A DNA stretch of 62,241 nucleotides, from positions 1 to 62,241 of IMG/VR virus record IMGVR_UViG_3300031857_000175; one strand, written 5' to 3'. Made by a program: the position numbers and the translations under genes. The notes beneath the pieces are model-generated. The model saw nothing but the letters and a program-made list of their open reading frames with translations. It did not search any database and was not told where the DNA came from. This DNA comes from a virus. Taxonomy: Duplodnaviria; Caudoviricetes. Shown here piece by piece: positions 38,401-46,628 of the stretch. How positions within the stretch are numbered: position 1 is the stretch's first letter; the number at the start of each line of letters is the position of its first letter.

Positions 38401-40536
38401 TCGTTTATCCCGAGTGTCTCCGACGCGCTTGGTACGGAAGCCACCCCCGGCGTTGGTATCAGCACAGCGTTCACGCCTGTCGCCGTTGACGCCGTTGGGG
38501 CCTCGGGCGAGGAAGGCACCTTCGTCAACGTCACCCAGACGGTTGAGGGGGCGCTGGTCTTCGTAGGCCCGACGCGGATCGTACTCAACGCTACGGCGTT
38601 CGCGACCCCCGGCAGCTACGTCCTCTTCGACTACGGGTCTTTCTCTGGCGGCCAAGCCAGCCTCGACACGTACGTCACGATCGACACGTCCGCCGTGCCG
38701 AACCTGTTCGCCGCAGCCCTGACGGACGACACTGCGAACACGCAAGTTGTGCTGCACCTCCTCCAGCGCCTCGTCTATGTCTCTGACGTGGTGACGCCCG
38801 ACGCGGTCGACGCTGTTGGGACGGCGGCCAACGCACTGGTTGCGGTAGCCACTGTCCCAAGCTCCTCTGATGCAGACGGTACGTCGGCAAGCGCCTTCGT
38901 TGTGGTGGGCGTCGAGCCCACGGCACAGGACGCCGCCGGAACCTCGGCGAACGCCCTCGTCGCTCTGAGCGTTGCTCCGAGCACGTCGAACGCCCTCGGA
39001 ACCGTGGCTGACGCAGTGCCTGCTACGAGCGTGGCCTTGGTACCTAGTGTCAGTGACGCCGTGGGTACGGAGGCCACTGCGGTCGTCGTCATTGTCAGTG
39101 ATCGCTTCACCCCGACGGCTTTCGCAGCACTCGGTACCAGCACAAACGTGCTCGTTGCTGTCAGCGATAGCTCCACCCCGGATGCTCCGGACGCCGTTGG
39201 AACTGTGGCCACTCCTGCGGTCTACACGAGCGTTGCTCCCGGCACGAGTGCCGCGCTTGGCACCAGCGAGCCTGCGCTTATCGCGGTCAGCAGCGCAGCT
39301 ACTCCGCCTGCGTCTGACGCGCTCGGCACCAGCGCGAGCGCTAGCGTTGTTGTGAGCGCCAGCTTTATTCCGGGCGTCGCGGACGCCGTTGGAACTGCAG
39401 CCATCCCCGAGACCTTCCTGAGCGCCACTCCTAGTACAAGCGCAGCGCTTGGTACGAGCGAGGACGTGGTTGTAGCTATTGGCAGCGTTGTCACGCCGGC
39501 GACGAACAACGCCCTCGGTACGGTGGCTGCGGCACAGGTGGCCATGGCGTACGTGCCTGCGGCCACCAACGCCCTTGGCACGGCGGTCGACGCCATTGCC
39601 GCCACCACCAAGGTGGTGACGCCGGGCGCGACGGACGCCGTCGGCACGAGCGAGGCGGCACTGGTCGCCATCACCGCCTCGGTGACGCCGGTAGCCTCGG
39701 ATGCGGTGGGCACAGTGGCTGACGCCGTCGTTGCCTCGGCCTACACACCGAGTGCGGTGAACGCGCTTGGTACAGTGGCCGACGCGCCTGTCCTCACCGC
39801 TTACGCCCCGGTGGCTACGAACGCGGTGGGTACTAGCGAAGACGCGATCGCCGTGGTGGCCACAGACAAGATCGTCACAGCCACTGCGACGAACGCGCTC
39901 GGTACTGTGGCGAACGCCGCAGTGAGCCTCGCCTTCACGCCGACAGCGGTTGACGGCATCGGTACCTCTGAGGACGCCATTCCGTATCAGTTCATCCAAG
40001 TCTCTTGGAATGGTCCTGACCTGACACTGGCTGGCGGGTCGTGGTCGTGGTCGCTCATGGGTGACAGCTACGAAGGCGCGCAGTACGTCGACGGGGCGCT
40101 TGACTTCACCGGTGCGACGACGGTCTACCTTGACGAGAGCGTGTACGCCAAGGGTGGCAACTACGTCTTGTTTGAGTACGGCAGTTTCCCCGGTGGGCAG
40201 GCGGACCTCGACGCATACCTGACAGTCGACGCGTCTGACCTCGCGCTTTCATTCGTCGAGGTTGTCCAGGACAAGCCGCACAAGTCGCACGTCGTCATCA
40301 AGATCAAGAGCAACCCGACCAACGGCAAGCAGTTCGTCGACGGTGACTTGACCTTCAGCGGCGCGACGACGCTCTACTTGGACCCTGACCTCTACGCGAC
40401 CGATGGCACTTACGAGCTGTTCCAGGTGACGGGCACCGTGACAGGACTTGCCAACGTCACATGCGTCAGCGAGGCCGGCCTGTTCTGCGGCGCTCCGTTC
40501 CTTGACGGCAACCTCGTCAAAGTCACTATCACCTGA
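35488..40536 (+). CDS. Long repeat fibre/scaffold protein (about 60 repeats of 20-23 aa + 4 cap-like modules)
   Basis: GAGGTG RBS. Repeat consensus approximately xP-xx-xDA[VL]GT-xx-xxx-V-x-VSD. Related modules at about 36253-36522, 38509-38772, 40081-40310 and 40330-40533. Confidence 0.75.
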   Translation: MFLRGWRWPRKLWYFSGGILPLNATVTPVAADAIGTSVGRPMVVIDDGLVPEAFGAIGTSVTPVISIIDTFSPQTSPAIGTSASPTVHVSDVSVPEVSDAVGAPSELTVHVSDVVTPDASDAIGSSAQAQVVVSDTFTPDVAFALGTVSNVFISVSDFVVPATADAKGSVAYPIVIIGDWITPSSEPAVGTVAYATVHVSDSFDTTVADAIGTSALARAIVAVSPETSDATGTVAVPLIALAVSPTTTAAVGASGEEGLFINVTQTVEGTLLFAGPTRIVLGAAAFATPGEYDLFRYTPGSFPGGQGALDTYVTIDTSAVPNFFVAALTDDPATGRVFLRLLQRLVHVSDSFTPATSAAVGTSADALVASGLSPQASDAVGTEATTLPSVAYSPLAAAALGTESVTTVHVSDVFRPEAAHARGTESYPVVIIGDWITPSSESAAGTSASPTVHVSDAVTVEVSDAVGTVSNIQIGSALVPGTTDALGTSTSPTVHVSDVYEPDAADAVGTVSDALVAASFAPTVSDAVGTAAGATAHVSDSVTPDAVNAIGTSTDASVALAPTLTAADASGTAATPAVHVSDVFQVTTANAVGTVSYPAVIIGDAVTPESYPALGTSATPSVHVSDVVTPDITDAVGASADALVGSALSPSTSDALGVATDALVSLFFVPEALAAVGTSADALVTVSDTFEPTAENAIGTSASVFAVISFIPAVQDALGTASETSVVVSDSFTPADAHDGVGTSSDAQVSISEVFTPTVSDAIGTSEDATSVTSKTFTVSASDALGTSESAIPMVDDAFSPSTTAAVGTSVDAVISISDSATPETSDAVGTVSDTTVSVSVRVTPGATDAEGMFEDAIVAVSDSFTPEAPNAVGTASEVTAHVSDRVTPEISDAIGTSAAANISISKIYTPSTMDAKGTATYPVVIIGDWVTPSSESALGTSSTPTVHVSDFVVPEVADALGTSSTSVAVVSFIPSVSDALGTEATPGVGISTAFTPVAVDAVGASGEEGTFVNVTQTVEGALVFVGPTRIVLNATAFATPGSYVLFDYGSFSGGQASLDTYVTIDTSAVPNLFAAALTDDTANTQVVLHLLQRLVYVSDVVTPDAVDAVGTAANALVAVATVPSSSDADGTSASAFVVVGVEPTAQDAAGTSANALVALSVAPSTSNALGTVADAVPATSVALVPSVSDAVGTEATAVVVIVSDRFTPTAFAALGTSTNVLVAVSDSSTPDAPDAVGTVATPAVYTSVAPGTSAALGTSEPALIAVSSAATPPASDALGTSASASVVVSASFIPGVADAVGTAAIPETFLSATPSTSAALGTSEDVVVAIGSVVTPATNNALGTVAAAQVAMAYVPAATNALGTAVDAIAATTKVVTPGATDAVGTSEAALVAITASVTPVASDAVGTVADAVVASAYTPSAVNALGTVADAPVLTAYAPVATNAVGTSEDAIAVVATDKIVTATATNALGTVANAAVSLAFTPTAVDGIGTSEDAIPYQFIQVSWNGPDLTLAGGSWSWSLMGDSYEGAQYVDGALDFTGATTVYLDESVYAKGGNYVLFEYGSFPGGQADLDAYLTVDASDLALSFVEVVQDKPHKSHVVIKIKSNPTNGKQFVDGDLTFSGATTLYLDPDLYATDGTYELFQVTGTVTGLANVTCVSEAGLFCGAPFLDGNLVKVTIT
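35560..39985 (+). repeat. Degenerate 60-69 bp coding tandem repeats
   Basis: Recurrent GACGC(A/C)GTCGGCAC and GTTCACGTCTCTGAC strings in register. Confidence 0.9.
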
Positions 40537-40547
40537 GAGGCTGAGTC

Positions 40548-43100
40548 ATGGTTGCGATTACCAAGAACGCTACAGGGACAACGCTTACCACCGCTAGCAA
40601 CTGGACCCCTGCTCAGGTTCCAACGACTGCCGACGATGTCACATGGAATCTGGCGTCTGTTAGCGGCACGTGTACTGGTAGCTTCGGTGCGAACACCATC
40701 ACGTTTAATGGTGCCGCGAGCGGCACTCCGGTCACTCACACCGGCACACTCACGCTAATTAATGGGTACACGTTCACCTCTACGAACAACTCTCAGTGGA
40801 ACGTCGGTGGTACGACTGGTGTACTAGCAGTTGGCGCTAACGACCAAACGTGGGTACTGAACTCCTCTGCTTGGTCATCGGTTGCGTTCACGGGCTCAAG
40901 TGCCTCTGTTATGACTGGCACAGCCACTGTCAACGTGCAGAAACTGACCGGCGGTGCTGGCTCTGCTGACGTTTACGCCACCCGGAGTGTTGCAAACTTC
41001 ACCGGCACATTCATTGCAAACTCAGGTGTCTCGTTTAGCGCCGCCTTCGCTACCGCGACAGGGGCGTGGTCGGGCGCTAACTTTCAGTTTGAGACTGGCT
41101 CAACCTGCGGACCAGCCATCAACAATGCTTACTTTGGGGGCGTTGGAAAAACCCTTACGGTGACCGGTGACATGCGCTTTGGAAATAGCGCGTACACAGG
41201 ATTTAATGTAAATCCAAATATAGTTCTTTCCGGTGCTACCACGAGGACGCTGACGATCCATGGTGTTACCTCACTAGGTGGTGCAATCAGTTCTGCCACC
41301 GCTGGCACTGGCCTATCAGTCACCATGCCTAACGCTGGGAGCACGCGCCTTTCTGTTACAAACATGTACCTGTATGTGAGCGGCTCCAGTAGCGGCATTT
41401 CTGGCCCCTGTACGGTAAACAGCGGCAGGCTCATCATAACACCAGCCACTACGGCTGCTAGGTACACGCCCACCGCTATTTCAGTCGCATCCAATGCGAT
41501 TTTTGAATATTTTCCAATGTCCAACACGGACTTTACTTTTCCGTGCGCGCCAACTGGCACTGGGTTCATTGCTATTATTGGCAACCACACAGCTGGGGGT
41601 GGTGTAACATTCAGTGCAGGGCAGCTATCCTCATTTGGCGGTATTGTTCGCTGCTACCAAGCAGCATCAAATACTGCTTATTTAGCCCCACGTATCCGAC
41701 TTTCTGAGCTTCCTGCAGGGTTGGACTGGTTTGCGCAGGCAGACGGCGCGGTCGGTTCAATGACGGGGGAGATGACCTATCTAGGCACTGCCGCCACGTA
41801 TGCCACCAACCTAACTGTGGATAGCGTCGTAAACACGAACACGGCCACGCTCACAGGCGGCACCTACTCGCTCATCGTGCCCGATACCTCTGGCGCCATT
41901 AACGTCACGGGCACGGTGCAGCGCCTGAACACGGCAGGAACCGCGTCGGCTCGAATGTCCTTGACGCTCGGCGGTACGAACACCGGCAACAACACGCTGT
42001 CGGGCGACATCAGCGAAGTCGGCACGAACAGCGCCATCCTTGGCATCACCAAGGTTGGCGCCGGGCGCTGGGTTTTGAGCGGCGCCAACAGCAGCCACAC
42101 GGGCATCCATACCGTCAGCGCGGGCACGCTGTCGGCACAGTCGGCGAAGGCCTTGGGCAGTGCCACGTCGGCGGGTGGCGTCACTATCAGCGGGACGGGC
42201 AAGCTTGAACTGTCTGGGGGCATCACGCTCAACAAGTCGGCGACGGCCTTTACCATCCACCAAACATCGCCAATCACCAGCGTCGGAGACAACACGGTTC
42301 AGACGGCGGGCATTACGCTCGGCGGAACGACGACGTTTGACGTCACGACCGGCAACCGTCTTGCTATCGCGAACAGCGGCGCGATTACCGACGGCGCCAG
42401 CACCTTCGGCCTGACCAAGACGGGCGACGGCGAGCTTGCCCTTGCGGCCTTCGCCAACACCTACGACGGCGCGGTCACAGTCACGGCGGGCACGCTGGCC
42501 ATCGGCTCCGTCGGGGCGCTCGGCACTGGCGTTGCGACCGTTCAGTTGACGGGAAATCTCAAGTACACCGGCACAGGCGAGACCCTGTCCAGGGCGACGC
42601 TGCTCAACGGTTCGGCGCCGAGCTTTGAAGCCTCAGGCTCCGGAGCGCTGACGGTGTCTAACCTGTCAACAAGCGTGTCCACGAAGACACTGACTCTGAA
42701 AGGCAGTAACACGGGCGCCAACACGATCACGTCAAGCCTGACCGACAACAGCGGAATCCTTTCGCTGGCCAAGGAGGACGCGGGCAAGTGGGTTGTCACG
42801 ATCCGGACCTACAGCGGGTCCACGGCCGTCAACGCTGGCACGCTGCGGTGCGAGGCCACGAACAGCGCGACGACGACGGGCGCTGTGACCATCGGGGCAA
42901 GCGGCACGGTCGAGCTCGTCACGAATACGCTGGCCAGCTCGGGCACTGGCAACGGCGAGGTCCTTGGCACGGGCAACGTGACGTGCAACGGCGGCATCAT
43001 CAAGACGCGCGGCGGGACCACGCAGAAGGGTCAAGTGCGCTACGGTGGCAACCTGACCTTCGGCGCAGGGTCGTCTCTCTACATCGGCGCAGCAGCCTGA
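40548..43100 (+). CDS. Autotransporter-associated beta-strand repeat (PATR) adhesin 1, no beta-barrel
   Basis: GITKVGAGRWVLSGANSSHTGIHTVSAGTL and GLTKTGDGELALAAFANTYDGAVTVTAGTL. Ends RYGGNLTFGAGSSLYIGAAA. Confidence 0.85.
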   Translation: MVAITKNATGTTLTTASNWTPAQVPTTADDVTWNLASVSGTCTGSFGANTITFNGAASGTPVTHTGTLTLINGYTFTSTNNSQWNVGGTTGVLAVGANDQTWVLNSSAWSSVAFTGSSASVMTGTATVNVQKLTGGAGSADVYATRSVANFTGTFIANSGVSFSAAFATATGAWSGANFQFETGSTCGPAINNAYFGGVGKTLTVTGDMRFGNSAYTGFNVNPNIVLSGATTRTLTIHGVTSLGGAISSATAGTGLSVTMPNAGSTRLSVTNMYLYVSGSSSGISGPCTVNSGRLIITPATTAARYTPTAISVASNAIFEYFPMSNTDFTFPCAPTGTGFIAIIGNHTAGGGVTFSAGQLSSFGGIVRCYQAASNTAYLAPRIRLSELPAGLDWFAQADGAVGSMTGEMTYLGTAATYATNLTVDSVVNTNTATLTGGTYSLIVPDTSGAINVTGTVQRLNTAGTASARMSLTLGGTNTGNNTLSGDISEVGTNSAILGITKVGAGRWVLSGANSSHTGIHTVSAGTLSAQSAKALGSATSAGGVTISGTGKLELSGGITLNKSATAFTIHQTSPITSVGDNTVQTAGITLGGTTTFDVTTGNRLAIANSGAITDGASTFGLTKTGDGELALAAFANTYDGAVTVTAGTLAIGSVGALGTGVATVQLTGNLKYTGTGETLSRATLLNGSAPSFEASGSGALTVSNLSTSVSTKTLTLKGSNTGANTITSSLTDNSGILSLAKEDAGKWVVTIRTYSGSTAVNAGTLRCEATNSATTTGAVTIGASGTVELVTNTLASSGTGNGEVLGTGNVTCNGGIIKTRGGTTQKGQVRYGGNLTFGAGSSLYIGAAA

Positions 43101-43112
43101 GGAGGATGAGCC

Positions 43113-45725
43113 ATGGTCATCAAGGCGGCAACGGGCACAAACCTCGCACTGGGTGCTTCGTGGGAAGGCGGGGTCGCACCTACGGCGGGGGACACCGCAG
43201 AGTGGTACGCTGCCGCACCGATCTCGCTTGGGCCAGGGCTGACAGGCAATCTGTCTATCTATGCGATTTATCAAGAGGGTGCCTCCTCCAACATCGCGCA
43301 CAGCGCCGGCACCATCACATTCTCCGACGGTGGCGGCTTCACGCAGGTCAGCACGAACACGCGCGTGTGGACTGAAAGCGGCACGTGGGCCATTGGCAGT
43401 GGCACCGTGTCATTTACGATCGCACGCTCGACCCCCAACACCACGGTCCTTGACACATCCGCAGCCAGCGGGCTCACGGGCGACAGCGCCAGCGTAATCT
43501 CGGTGTTCAACGGGTCTGATTTTGCAGATCCGATGTACGCCATTTGGACTGTACGCGGAGCTAACACTGGATTTTTGGGCCAGATCTACCTCAATCCCAC
43601 GTCAAATCTTCACGTGACTGGCACCGGCGTATTGGCAAATGCGTCTGTAGTCACGGATGCTTTTGGGGAGCCTTGGATCACGGCAGGTCAGGCTAGCGCC
43701 TCGCTCGGTACGCTAGGTACCACGACTTTGGAAGTCGGTGCCGACCTCAAGCTGGGTTGGTCTACCCGCACCCTGACCCTCAACAGCGCGACTTCGTTCA
43801 CAGGCTCGGTCCACAATGTCACGCTTGCGGATAATGTAACGTTCGCTGGGCCCCTCGGGGGGACTCCTGATTTTGTGAACTTTGCCAGCGTAGGTGCGAC
43901 TTGGCTTGCGCTGACGCTGGACAACACCGCAAACACCATCAGCGGTTCGCTCGACATCGGTAATTATGTTATCACTTACCTAAACTGCGCGTCAGGGTTT
44001 AACCTTCCAAACGTATCCGAGTTCACGATCACAGGCAACCTACGCCTCGCCGGGTCGGGAGGCAGTGGCTTTGTAGCGCCCCATACTTTCACAGGGGTGT
44101 CATTCTATGGGGATGGCGCGGTCGAAGTAGTTTTCAGCGCGACAAACCTTGTCTCTTTTCCAGCAGGCTCTCTTAGCGGGTTGACGGGCATCAACGAGCC
44201 CGCGCTCGGCTATGCGACGGCGGTACTAGCCCGCTCTGGGCTAGTACTTTGGACCAGTCCTTATACCGTAGCTTCGCGCCAATCCTACGTAGATGTTAAG
44301 GACCTGCCTAGCCGCGTGACCTTTCAGTGCACAGCGTCTGTTAACGCTACTTCCACGGGACGCCTTTACTACACCGGCCCAGGTACTTCGTACCCGAACA
44401 CGCGCATTGACATGGTCCTGCGCGATAACACCTATCCTGCCGTAAATGTTAATGAGATCTACGCCAACAACGCGTCCGGCATTGTGGAGATTGGCGAAGG
44501 CGTCAAGCGCCACGGGGACAGCGCGACGCAGACGCTGACCCTGCGTGGAACGGGCGCGGGGCGCATCAGCGGCACTATTAATCCCAACGCACGCGGAGCT
44601 CTCAATCTCTCCAAGACAGACCCCGGCACTTGGTACCTAAGTGCGAACAACACCAGCACCGGCACCACCACGGTCTCGCAAGGAATCTTGCAGCCCGAGT
44701 TGTCTACGTGTCTCGGTACGACGGGTGCTGTCACGGTCAACAACACCGGTACTATGGTACTAGGGAACGGCTTTACGCTGAGCAAGGGCTCGGCCGCGTT
44801 CACCTTCGCCAAGACCGACGGCACCGCGGCAATCACGCTGCCGACCAATGCTCAAGCCACGCTTGCCACAGCGGGTATAACGCTTGGTGCAGTCCTGCGC
44901 CTGGGTTTGGGTGCAGGCTCCAAGCTGACGATCGCGAACACTGGCGCCATTACCGACGGTGCGAGTTCTTTCGGCATTCACGCCGACTGCTCGTCGCTTG
45001 TTTCACGTGCCGAACTCGTACTGGAGCCTGCGTCCAACACGTTCGACGGCACGATCACTGTCGAAGCTGCCACGCTGACCGTCTATACCCTGAACAATAT
45101 CGGCGTGGCCGGGATTTTTGGCACCGGCAGCACCCCGCTTAGTTTTACGCACGGCACCCTGAAGTTCTCCGGCAACGCTCCTAACTCGACAAATCGCGGT
45201 ATTACCTCGTACACGTCCGGATGTACGCTCGAAGCGGCGGGTACAGCTGCCGCGACGTTCAGTGGCCCCATGACCAAAGTCGAAGGTACTGGTAGCTCCT
45301 ACACACTGACCATTACGGGCACGAGCACTGCCGCGAACACGCTTGCCTCCACGCTTGCGAACGCGACGGGTATCACCACGGCGCTGACCAAGTCAGGCAC
45401 AGGATATTGGCGTGCTACGGGGGCGCTGTCCTACACCGGGGCGACAACTGTCTCAACAGGCACGCTGCGGGTCGAGCGCCCCGACGGTAACACCATGGCC
45501 AGCACCGTGACCGTAGCCAGCACCGCCACCGTCGAACTGGCCACGGACACACTGCCGAGCTCTGGTGCTACCGCTGGGCGTGTGCTGGGCACTGGCTCAG
45601 TCATCGTCAACGGCGGCACCATCAAGACGCGCGGCGGCAGTAGCGTGCAGAAGGGACAAGCGCGCTATGGTGGCAACCTGACCTTCGGTGCAGGGTCAAG
45701 GCTTGAAATCGGCACAGCAGCTTAA
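43113..45725 (+). CDS. PATR adhesin 2, no beta-barrel
   Basis: LSKTDPGTWYLSANNTSTGTTTVSQGIL and LTKSGTGYWRATGALSYTGATTVSTGTL. Ends RYGGNLTFGAGSRLEIGTAA. Confidence 0.85.
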   Translation: MVIKAATGTNLALGASWEGGVAPTAGDTAEWYAAAPISLGPGLTGNLSIYAIYQEGASSNIAHSAGTITFSDGGGFTQVSTNTRVWTESGTWAIGSGTVSFTIARSTPNTTVLDTSAASGLTGDSASVISVFNGSDFADPMYAIWTVRGANTGFLGQIYLNPTSNLHVTGTGVLANASVVTDAFGEPWITAGQASASLGTLGTTTLEVGADLKLGWSTRTLTLNSATSFTGSVHNVTLADNVTFAGPLGGTPDFVNFASVGATWLALTLDNTANTISGSLDIGNYVITYLNCASGFNLPNVSEFTITGNLRLAGSGGSGFVAPHTFTGVSFYGDGAVEVVFSATNLVSFPAGSLSGLTGINEPALGYATAVLARSGLVLWTSPYTVASRQSYVDVKDLPSRVTFQCTASVNATSTGRLYYTGPGTSYPNTRIDMVLRDNTYPAVNVNEIYANNASGIVEIGEGVKRHGDSATQTLTLRGTGAGRISGTINPNARGALNLSKTDPGTWYLSANNTSTGTTTVSQGILQPELSTCLGTTGAVTVNNTGTMVLGNGFTLSKGSAAFTFAKTDGTAAITLPTNAQATLATAGITLGAVLRLGLGAGSKLTIANTGAITDGASSFGIHADCSSLVSRAELVLEPASNTFDGTITVEAATLTVYTLNNIGVAGIFGTGSTPLSFTHGTLKFSGNAPNSTNRGITSYTSGCTLEAAGTAAATFSGPMTKVEGTGSSYTLTITGTSTAANTLASTLANATGITTALTKSGTGYWRATGALSYTGATTVSTGTLRVERPDGNTMASTVTVASTATVELATDTLPSSGATAGRVLGTGSVIVNGGTIKTRGGSSVQKGQARYGGNLTFGAGSRLEIGTAA

Positions 45726-45737
45726 AAGGATTGAACA

Positions 45738-46076
45738 ATGGCACTGATTCGTGACTTTACTGTCGAAGGCGTGAACTACCCCGAGGCGTACTCGCGCATC
45801 CTCGTGACGCGTTGCGACAAGGATTCGGCCTACGTGTTTGTCTTGACCTACGCCAGCTTCGACGACCGCATGGCGGGAGCCAATCCCGTCTGGACGGAAG
45901 AGCATGCGACGCAGCTCGCGACCGTGTCGGCGGATGTGTTCCCGGCCAGCTACGCGTTCTTGAAGACGCTGCCGGAGTTCGCCGGCGCAATCGACCACGA
46001 CAACCCGCCCGAGGCGCCTGCACCTGATGTCATCGACACGACGGCGGATGTGGTCAGCAACGACTTCGTCAACTGA
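45738..46076 (+). CDS. Small fibre-associated protein
   Basis: GVNYPEAYSRI...SYAFLKTLPEFAGAID resembles small proteins commonly encoded next to phage fibre genes; AAGGA RBS. Confidence 0.55.
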   Translation: MALIRDFTVEGVNYPEAYSRILVTRCDKDSAYVFVLTYASFDDRMAGANPVWTEEHATQLATVSADVFPASYAFLKTLPEFAGAIDHDNPPEAPAPDVIDTTADVVSNDFVN

Positions 46077-46100
46077 CGCTGAAGACCCCAAGGATTCAAC

Positions 46101-46514
46101 ATGTCAATCACGGCCAAGTGGTACCCCTCTGCCGCGCAGCAGATGTTCCTGGGCAACCTGAACAGCACAACTAGTTCGTTCAAGATTGCCCTGCTCAACA
46201 GCAGCGGCAGCTACACGGCGTCGCACACCGCGTGGTCTGACGTGAGCGGCTTCGAGATTGCAGCAAGCGGTGGGTACACGGCAGGCGGCGAGGCGACTAC
46301 AATCACGCCCACTGCCAATAGCACCGCCTCCTACTTCACGCCGTCTGCAGTTTTGTGGACTAGTGCTACCTTCTCGTTCAACAACGCAGTCATCTACGAC
46401 ACGGTCTCTGGTAAACTGATGATGCACCTAGCGTTTATTACGACGCAAAGCCCTGTGGCGCAGGACTACCAGATCAACGTGCCCAGCACCGCGCCTTCTG
46501 CGACCCCGGCGTAA
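46101..46514 (+). CDS. Putative fibre subunit (paralog of 48751)
   Basis: WYPSAAQQMFLGNL...FKIALL...H...SDV...E...GYTAGG...W...TF...AVIYD pattern shared with 48751..49230. Confidence 0.65.
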   Translation: MSITAKWYPSAAQQMFLGNLNSTTSSFKIALLNSSGSYTASHTAWSDVSGFEIAASGGYTAGGEATTITPTANSTASYFTPSAVLWTSATFSFNNAVIYDTVSGKLMMHLAFITTQSPVAQDYQINVPSTAPSATPA

Positions 46515-46628
46515 CACTGAGCACAACTGCTACACATCGACGGGTTCTACGCTGATCATGCACCCTAATCTTGGCTAAGATCACACCATCCATCGACCCC
46601 GCGTAACAAATTCGTAGCAGGAGGCCCC

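Noticed and set aside
35560-39985. Regularly spaced 60-69 bp repeats resembling a CRISPR array
   Set aside because: The repeats are degenerate at synonymous positions and lie in one open frame. There is no invariant repeat/unique spacer structure and no cas gene.
38116-39999. 627-aa Arg-rich antisense ORF in the repeat gene
   Set aside because: Mirror of the Ala/Val/Thr/Ser repeat codons; not a plausible protein.
42985-45725. Similar 3' ends of adhesins 1 and 2 as a DGR VR/TR pair
   Set aside because: Both copies are coding, differences are not adenine-specific, and no reverse transcriptase is in the window.
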